From positions 1-41,104 of the forward strand of contig JBDTSC010000002.1 in the NCBI GenBank assembly GCA_039931375.1: a stretch of 41,104 nt of DNA, read 5' to 3'. Both the position numbers and the translations under genes were made by a program. Origin of the DNA: Ardenticatenales bacterium (GTDB taxonomy: Bacteria; Chloroflexota; Anaerolineae; Epilineales; Epilineaceae). How positions within the stretch are numbered: position 1 is the first letter of the stretch; the number at the start of each line of letters is the position of its first letter. The notes under the pieces were generated by a model, which had not been told where the DNA came from, did no database searches, and worked only from the letters and a program-made list of their open reading frames with translations. Shown here piece after piece: positions 35,929-41,104 of the stretch.

Positions 35929-36969
35929 ATGGTGAGCGGAGTGGGTCGAAGGCTGTTGGTCACGGGGGGCGCCGGGTTCATCGGCGCCAACTTCGTGCAT
36001 CACGTGCTGCGCGCCCACCCGGACGATTCCGTGGTCGTGTTCGACAAGCTGACGTACGCCGGCAACCTGGCGAACCTGGCCGATGTGGCGGACGACCCGC
36101 GCTATGCGTTCGTCCACGCGGACATCTGCGACCACGACGCCGTCGAGCGCGCCGTGACCGATCATCGGATCGACGTCATCGTGAACTTCGCCGCTGAAAC
36201 CCACGTCGACCGGTCGATCGACGATCCCGACGCCTTCATCCGCACGGACGTGAACGGCACGTACGCGCTCCTCGAGGCGGCGCGGCGGCACGGCCTCCGC
36301 TTCCACCAGGTCTCGACGGACGAGGTGTACGGCCACGTGGCGGACGGCGCGTCGCGCGAGACGGATCCGGTCGAGCCGCGCTCGCCGTACGCGGCCAGCA
36401 AGGCCGCCGGCGACCTGTTGGTCAACGCCTACCACGTCACGTACGGCCTGCACACGACGATCACCCGCGGCTCGAACAACGTCGGACCGTACCAATATCC
36501 CGAGAAGGCCGTCCCCCTGTTCTCGACGAACGCCCTCGACGATCTGCCGCTGCCCGTCTACGGCGACGGCTTGCAGGAGCGCGACTACCAGTGGGTGGGC
36601 GATCACTGCGAGGCGATCGACCTCGTGATCGACCGCGGCGCGCCCGGCGAGGCGTACAACGTGGGCACCGGCACCTCGATTCAGAACATGGCGATGGTCG
36701 GCATCATCCTCGAGACGTTGCAAAAGCCGCGCATCCTCATCCAACACGTCACGGACCGCCCCGGCCACGACCGACGCTACTCCATCGACACCGCCAAGGT
36801 GCAGGCGTTGGGCTGGCGATCGCGCCACACGCCCGAGCAGGCGGTGGCGATGGCGGCGGCGTGGTACCGCGACAGCGAACCGTGGTGGCGGCCGATCAAG
36901 AGCGGCGAGTTTCGCGCCTATTACGACAAGATGTACGGACGGCGCGCGGTTCTGACCGCCGACGGCTGA
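35929..36969 (+). CDS. rmlB: dTDP-glucose 4,6-dehydratase
   Basis: ATG at 35929 in ORF 35899..36969. Motifs LLVTGGAGFIGANFV, FAAETHVDRS, catalytic YAASKAAGD, and DRRYSIDTAK. Confidence 0.9.
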   Translation: MVSGVGRRLLVTGGAGFIGANFVHHVLRAHPDDSVVVFDKLTYAGNLANLADVADDPRYAFVHADICDHDAVERAVTDHRIDVIVNFAAETHVDRSIDDPDAFIRTDVNGTYALLEAARRHGLRFHQVSTDEVYGHVADGASRETDPVEPRSPYAASKAAGDLLVNAYHVTYGLHTTITRGSNNVGPYQYPEKAVPLFSTNALDDLPLPVYGDGLQERDYQWVGDHCEAIDLVIDRGAPGEAYNVGTGTSIQNMAMVGIILETLQKPRILIQHVTDRPGHDRRYSIDTAKVQALGWRSRHTPEQAVAMAAAWYRDSEPWWRPIKSGEFRAYYDKMYGRRAVLTADG

Positions 36970-36992
36970 GCGAACCCAGGAGGGAAGACCTG

Positions 36993-37547
36993 ATGGCTGT
37001 CCAGAGCGATATCCTGGCCACCGACGCACAGCAGGAAATGTCCAGGCGCGAGTTCTTGAACTACGCCTGGCTCGCGTCGCTGGGCTTGGTCAGCGCGCAA
37101 TCCCTTGTCCTGCTCTACCAGTTCGCGATGCCCCGACTGGGGCCGGGCGAGTTCGGCGGCCCGGTGGACATCGGCCTGGTGGATTCGCTGCCCGGCGTCG
37201 GCGCGCCGCCGGAGCCCTTCGCCAGGGCCAAGTTCTGGTGGGTCATGTCGGCCACCGGAGCGCGGGCGATCTACAAGGTCTGCACGCACCTGGGCTGCAT
37301 CTACCAGTGGAAGCAGGAAGAGTTCAAGTTCGTCTGTCCATGCCACGGGTCGCAGTTCGAGCGCGAGGGCAAGTACATCCAGGGACCGGCTGGCCGGAGC
37401 CTCGATCGCTTGGTCGTTCGCGCTTTCGATGCGAGCGGCAAGGTCGTCGCCGAAACGCCGCCCGATGGCGGTCCGGTCAAGATTCCCGCCGGTTCGAGGG
37501 TCGTCGTCGAGACCGGGATGAAGATCATCGGCCAAGCGCACGCCTAG
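36993..37547 (+). CDS. Rieske [2Fe-2S] subunit of a cytochrome bc/b6f-type complex
   Basis: ATG at 36993 with AGGAGGGA upstream. A Tat-like SRREFLN motif plus a TM helix, and the cluster boxes CTHLGC and CPCHGS. Confidence 0.9.
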   Translation: MAVQSDILATDAQQEMSRREFLNYAWLASLGLVSAQSLVLLYQFAMPRLGPGEFGGPVDIGLVDSLPGVGAPPEPFARAKFWWVMSATGARAIYKVCTHLGCIYQWKQEEFKFVCPCHGSQFEREGKYIQGPAGRSLDRLVVRAFDASGKVVAETPPDGGPVKIPAGSRVVVETGMKIIGQAHA

Positions 37548-37599
37548 TCGTCCCGGCCGTTCGGCCGTTTGGGTCGCCAGAATTCAGGAGCAGTAGACC

Positions 37600-39666
37600 A
37601 TGTTGGGATCGAACACACTGCGGAGCCTTCGCAGCAACGTAGCCGGCGAGTGGAAGCGCATTCGCACCTACGACTGGCTCAAGTGGGCGGCCGGTGTCGG
37701 CGACTACTGCGTGCGCGGGATCATGGCCGGCCTGTCCGGCAAGGAGCTGCGCGCGATCCTGCGCGGCGATGTCCCAACCGAGCGGCCCAACCCGCGCTAC
37801 CGCGCCCAGGTCAAGAGCTTCATGCTCCACCTGCGGCCCAAGTACTACCAGCGCGGGAGCACGTGGTTCACGCACACCTGGCGGCTTGGGTGGTTCGCGG
37901 TGTACTTCTTCGTCGTCGAGACGATCACCGGCCTGATCCTGATGCTGTTCTACGCGCCGACGCCCGAGCGCGCCTACGGCGACATGCTCAACATCCTGTC
38001 CAACGTGCCGTACGGCAAGTTCATGCGCGACATGCACCGCCTCGGCGCCGAGGGGATGGTGGCCGTCGTCCTGCTCCACATGGTGCGGGTGTACTTCACC
38101 GCCAGCTACAAAAAGGAACGCGCTTTCACGTGGCTGACCGGCGTCGTCCTGCTCCTGGTCACGTTGGTCCTGTCCTTCAGCGGCTACCTCTTGCCGTGGG
38201 ATCAGCTGGCCTATTGGGCCGTGACGATCGGCACATCGATGGCCGACGCCGCGCCGCTCGTCGGCACGCAGGTGAACCTGCTGCTCCGCGGCGCGGTGGA
38301 CATCTGGGCGGGCGGCTTGCTCCGGTTCTACTTGCTCCACATCTTCCTGTTGCCGCTGGTGGCGATCGTCTTCATCAGCGTCCACTACTACAAGGTGGCC
38401 CGCGAGCACTCGATCAGCCTGCCGGCGGTCGTGGAAGAGGGCGACATGTCGCCCGAGGAGAAGCGCCACAACGAAGAGCGCATCGACCTGATCCCGAACC
38501 TGATCATCCACGAGCTCATGCTGACCTCGGTGGCGACGTTCCTCATGGTCGTGGCGGTGGCGACGTTCTTCAGCGCCCCGTTGGAACAGCACGCCGACCA
38601 GCAGATCACGCCGCTGCACACCGAAGCCCCGTGGTACTTCCTGTGGCTGCAGGGCATGCTCAAGCTCGGATCGAAGCAGCTCTTCGGCATCGTGCTGCCG
38701 ACCCTGATCTTCGTGGTGCTGTTCGTCGTCCCGTGGATCGACCGGAACCCGCACCGCCTGGCCAAGCGCCGGCCGGTGGCCATCGGCATCGGCGTTTTGG
38801 CCAGCGTGATCATGCTCGTGCTGACCTACATGGGGACGCCGTCGTACGGCATCGAGACGCCGCCGGCGCAGGATATCCTCTCGGTCTTCGTCCCGCAGAC
38901 GCACCCCGGTCCGCTGCGCGAGCTGCCGTGGGATGCCCTGCACGCGGCGCAGACACCGGCGGACGCCACGGATACGCACCGGCTCCGAAAGTACTACGTC
39001 TCCTTCCCGGTGGGGATGGACAAGGATTCGCAATACGCCGATCGGGACAAGTTCGTCTTCATCAACGGCCTCGACCCGAGCGACCCGGCCTTCCTCGACG
39101 GCCTGCCGCCGGACATCGCCGAGGAGCCGAACTCGGAGTTCATGCAGCTCCTGGTGGCGCTCAAGGCCAAGGTGGAACAGCAGCCAAAATTGCTCCAGCG
39201 CGCGGACGGCGAGCCGAAGTCCATGGTGACCGTCGAGTACATCCAGCCCGAGCTGAAGTGGGTGACCGCGTCCATCAGCTGGGATGAGATGGAGCTCGAT
39301 CGGCAGAAGGATCTCACCTACATGATCCCGTTCACGGACTACGAGCTGAAACCGGACGGCACGGTGAAGATGGGCGACGACGGCAAGCCCGTTGCGTTGG
39401 AACCGGCCAAGAGCAAGAAGGTGGTCTTCGACCTCGAGTATGGCGAATTGGTCGACGGTGTTCGGCCCATCCTCAAGGATCCGAAGCCATATCTCAAGGA
39501 CGCCGACGGCAACCCGATCTACTTCGCCGCGGACGGGACGCTGGAGGTGACGGACGCGATGGGTGAGAAGTCGACGATCAACCTGGCCGACGCCAAGCCG
39601 AACCTCAAACCCAGCGTCCAGCTCGAGAAGCTGGCCATCCACCGCGACTCCCAGTACCACCAGTAA
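37600..39666 (+). CDS. Cytochrome b (fused b6-like plus subunit-IV-like) with a 277-aa hydrophilic C-terminal extension
   Basis: Four haem-ligand His residues (H146 and H160 in DMHRLG..LLHM; H247 and H262 in LLHIF..SVHYY). The Qo-loop motif is TEAPWYFLW. The last TM helix ends near residue 411, and 277 charged residues follow. AGGAG lies upstream of the start. Confidence 0.9.
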   Translation: MLGSNTLRSLRSNVAGEWKRIRTYDWLKWAAGVGDYCVRGIMAGLSGKELRAILRGDVPTERPNPRYRAQVKSFMLHLRPKYYQRGSTWFTHTWRLGWFAVYFFVVETITGLILMLFYAPTPERAYGDMLNILSNVPYGKFMRDMHRLGAEGMVAVVLLHMVRVYFTASYKKERAFTWLTGVVLLLVTLVLSFSGYLLPWDQLAYWAVTIGTSMADAAPLVGTQVNLLLRGAVDIWAGGLLRFYLLHIFLLPLVAIVFISVHYYKVAREHSISLPAVVEEGDMSPEEKRHNEERIDLIPNLIIHELMLTSVATFLMVVAVATFFSAPLEQHADQQITPLHTEAPWYFLWLQGMLKLGSKQLFGIVLPTLIFVVLFVVPWIDRNPHRLAKRRPVAIGIGVLASVIMLVLTYMGTPSYGIETPPAQDILSVFVPQTHPGPLRELPWDALHAAQTPADATDTHRLRKYYVSFPVGMDKDSQYADRDKFVFINGLDPSDPAFLDGLPPDIAEEPNSEFMQLLVALKAKVEQQPKLLQRADGEPKSMVTVEYIQPELKWVTASISWDEMELDRQKDLTYMIPFTDYELKPDGTVKMGDDGKPVALEPAKSKKVVFDLEYGELVDGVRPILKDPKPYLKDADGNPIYFAADGTLEVTDAMGEKSTINLADAKPNLKPSVQLEKLAIHRDSQYHQ

Positions 39667-39763
39667 CCACCGCCGCCGCCGCTCCGGTGGCGAACGCGTC
39701 GCCCGTTAGCCGCACGCCCAACCCGCCGCGCCGACCCGCGTGCGCCGCGGAGGAGAGAACGCC

Positions 39764-40849
39764 ATGACTCGAATTGAGATCACCCTCGGCCTCCTCGCCA
39801 CGATCGCCGCCATCCTCGTGATGGGCTGGATCGGCGCCACCGAGGACACCCGCATGGCCGGCGCCGCCCGCGGCTTCACCGTCCGCAGCGTCGAGCGCGG
39901 CGCCAAGCTCTTCGACGGCCAGTGTGCGCTCTGCCACGGGCCGAACGCGGTGGGCGGCAAGTGCCCGCCGCTGAACCAGCTCTCCGGCCTGCACGGCGGC
40001 TCGATCGGTCCGGGTGTCGCGTGGCGGCTCGAGGAGATGGGCTGGGAGCGGACGATGTTGTTCGAGTACGTCGTCAACGTCGTCTCGAACGGTCGCAACG
40101 CGAGCACTCGGCCGTGGCAGTACAAGGGGAATCGCGGCGTCGGCCCGGGCACGGAGTCGGTGATGGCGATGCCGGCGTTCGCGCAAACGAACAACGGGCC
40201 GCTGCGCCCGGACCAGGTCCGCGACCTCGCGAACTACATCCTGGCGTTCCAGGACTACCTGCCGTCGGACGTCGAGGAAGCCAAGGCGTTCGTCGAAGCC
40301 GTCCCGAACAAGGTCTCGATCAACGACGACCCTGGGATCAAGAAGCGCCCGGACGGCTCGGACCCCGTCGCGCTCGGTGAGTACCTGTTCAACGACGACT
40401 TGGGCTGCAAGACCTGCCACAGCATCGTCGCCGATCAGCCGCCGACGACCTGTCCGAACTTGTCGGCCATCTGGACGACCGCGGCGGATCGCGTCAAGGA
40501 TCCGGCGTACACAGGGTCGGCCGACTCTGCCGAGGACTACATCGCGGAGTCCATTCGCCAGCCCGCAACGTTCGTGGTGAACGGGTTCCCGAACGGCGTC
40601 ATGCCCACGACGTTCAGCACGCTGCCGGATTCCGACGTCGACGCGCTCATCGCCTACTTGAGCAAGGGCGCGTACACGCCGCTGGGCGCATCGAGCGCGA
40701 TCACGGAATCGGACGGGATCACCGCGACCCTCGGCACGACCATGACCCTCGGCACGACCGTGACCCTCGGCACGACCGCCACCACGGGCACGACCGCGAC
40801 GACGCGCCTCCGCTCGACCGCGCCGCTGTCGTCCACGACGGCTCCCTGA
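39764..40849 (+). CDS. Membrane-anchored di-haem cytochrome c with a Thr-rich repetitive C-terminal tail
   Basis: ATG at 39764 with GGAGGAG upstream. An N-terminal TM (LGLLATIAAILVMGWIG) and two CxxCH motifs (CALCH, CKTCH). The tail reads TLGTTMTLGTTVTLGTTATTGTTATT. Confidence 0.8.
   Translation: MTRIEITLGLLATIAAILVMGWIGATEDTRMAGAARGFTVRSVERGAKLFDGQCALCHGPNAVGGKCPPLNQLSGLHGGSIGPGVAWRLEEMGWERTMLFEYVVNVVSNGRNASTRPWQYKGNRGVGPGTESVMAMPAFAQTNNGPLRPDQVRDLANYILAFQDYLPSDVEEAKAFVEAVPNKVSINDDPGIKKRPDGSDPVALGEYLFNDDLGCKTCHSIVADQPPTTCPNLSAIWTTAADRVKDPAYTGSADSAEDYIAESIRQPATFVVNGFPNGVMPTTFSTLPDSDVDALIAYLSKGAYTPLGASSAITESDGITATLGTTMTLGTTVTLGTTATTGTTATTRLRSTAPLSSTTAP
40727..40798 (+). repeat. In-frame 18-nt tandem repeat (3 near-identical copies plus 1 degenerate copy) in the cytochrome c tail
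   Basis: ACCCTCGGCACGACC followed by ATG, GTG or GCC occurs three times, then ACCACGGGCACGACCGCG. Confidence 0.85.
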
Positions 40850-40912
40850 GCCGCGCCGCTTTCGCCGTCTCCGCCGACTGACCGGCAACCGCCAAGTGGA
40901 ACGGGCCGTCGC

Positions 40913-41104
40913 CTACGTCGGTGTCGGCCCGCCCGGCCGATCCGTGCCGCCATCGCCGAACGCGATCCCCTGCGCCAGCGGCAGGTCGCGCGTCCAGTTG
41001 ATCGTGCACGTCTGACGGCGCATGTAGGCCTTCCAGCTGTCCGAGCCCGCCTCGCGGCCGCCGCCGGTCTCCTTCTCGCCGCCGAAGGCGCCGCCGATCT
41101 CCGC
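40913..41104 (-). CDS. Aldehyde dehydrogenase, ALDH7 / piperideine-6-carboxylate dehydrogenase-like (C-terminal fragment; the gene continues beyond the window)
   Basis: My own translation of the minus strand gives [53 protein letters not shown]..., ending at a TAG whose complement occupies 40913-40915. It is absent from the ORF track because no start codon lies in the window. Confidence 0.75.
   Translation of the reverse strand, partial: AEIGGAFGGEKETGGGREAGSDSWKAYMRRQTCTINWTRDLPLAQGIAFGDGGTDRPGGPTPT

Noticed and set aside
36591-36992. An N-terminal extension of the Rieske ORF (track start 36591) overlapping rmlB.
   Set aside because: The extension is Arg/Gly/Pro-rich and overlaps the well-supported rmlB frame. 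An internal ATG at 36993 has a strong AGGAGGGA ribosome-binding site and is followed by a Tat-like signal.
1-41104. Mobile elements, prophage genes, toxin-antitoxin pairs and tRNA or rRNA genes.
   Set aside because: I saw no transposase, integrase or recombinase signatures, no terminal inverted repeats flanking a segment, and no cloverleaf-like low-GC islands. The absence is by eye only and should be confirmed with tRNAscan, Infernal and ISfinder-type searches.

Overview
This is a very GC-rich, gene-dense bacterial chromosomal window with no rRNA, tRNA, CRISPR array or mobile element that I could recognise. All calls come from reading the supplied ORF translations and the DNA by eye; no searches or computations were run.

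Layout:
- 1-11.7 kb: a cell-surface polysaccharide locus. It holds WbpD-like acetyltransferase, WbpB-like oxidoreductase and WbpA/WecC-like dehydrogenase genes, a divergent methyltransferase plus GT4 pair, then a translationally coupled operon (flippase, two paralogous glycosyltransferases, a GT4, a small hypothetical protein, SUI1/YciH).
- 11.8-16.1 kb, minus strand: a tightly coupled four-gene cassette of metallophosphoesterase, TerY/YegL-like vWA protein, PP2C-like phosphatase and atypical Ser/Thr kinase. This is my best candidate for an uncharacterised system.
- 16.2-21.5 kb: SanA/DUF218, ComM/YifB, murA and mreB.
- 21.6-29.5 kb: origin-proximal housekeeping genes, all on the plus strand (rpmH, rnpA, yidD, yidC, jag, parA, parB, a methyltransferase, a perfect parS site, dnaN, recF). 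There is no dnaA, mnmG/rsmG or gyrB.
- 29.6-37.0 kb: a second polysaccharide locus with a GT4, a Wzz-like protein, a GT2, a tandem-duplicated CapA/CpsC-type co-polymerase, a BY-kinase homologue with a destroyed Walker A motif, long-form RmlA and RmlB.
- 37.0-40.8 kb: a Rieske, cytochrome b and di-haem cytochrome c operon.
- 3' edge: a partial ALDH7-like aldehyde dehydrogenase on the minus strand.

The short Gram-positive-type YidC and the gene order suggest a high-GC monoderm lineage, possibly Chloroflexota-like. That is a guess. Many long Arg/Pro/Gly-rich ORFs on the opposite strand or in other frames are treated as high-GC artefacts.
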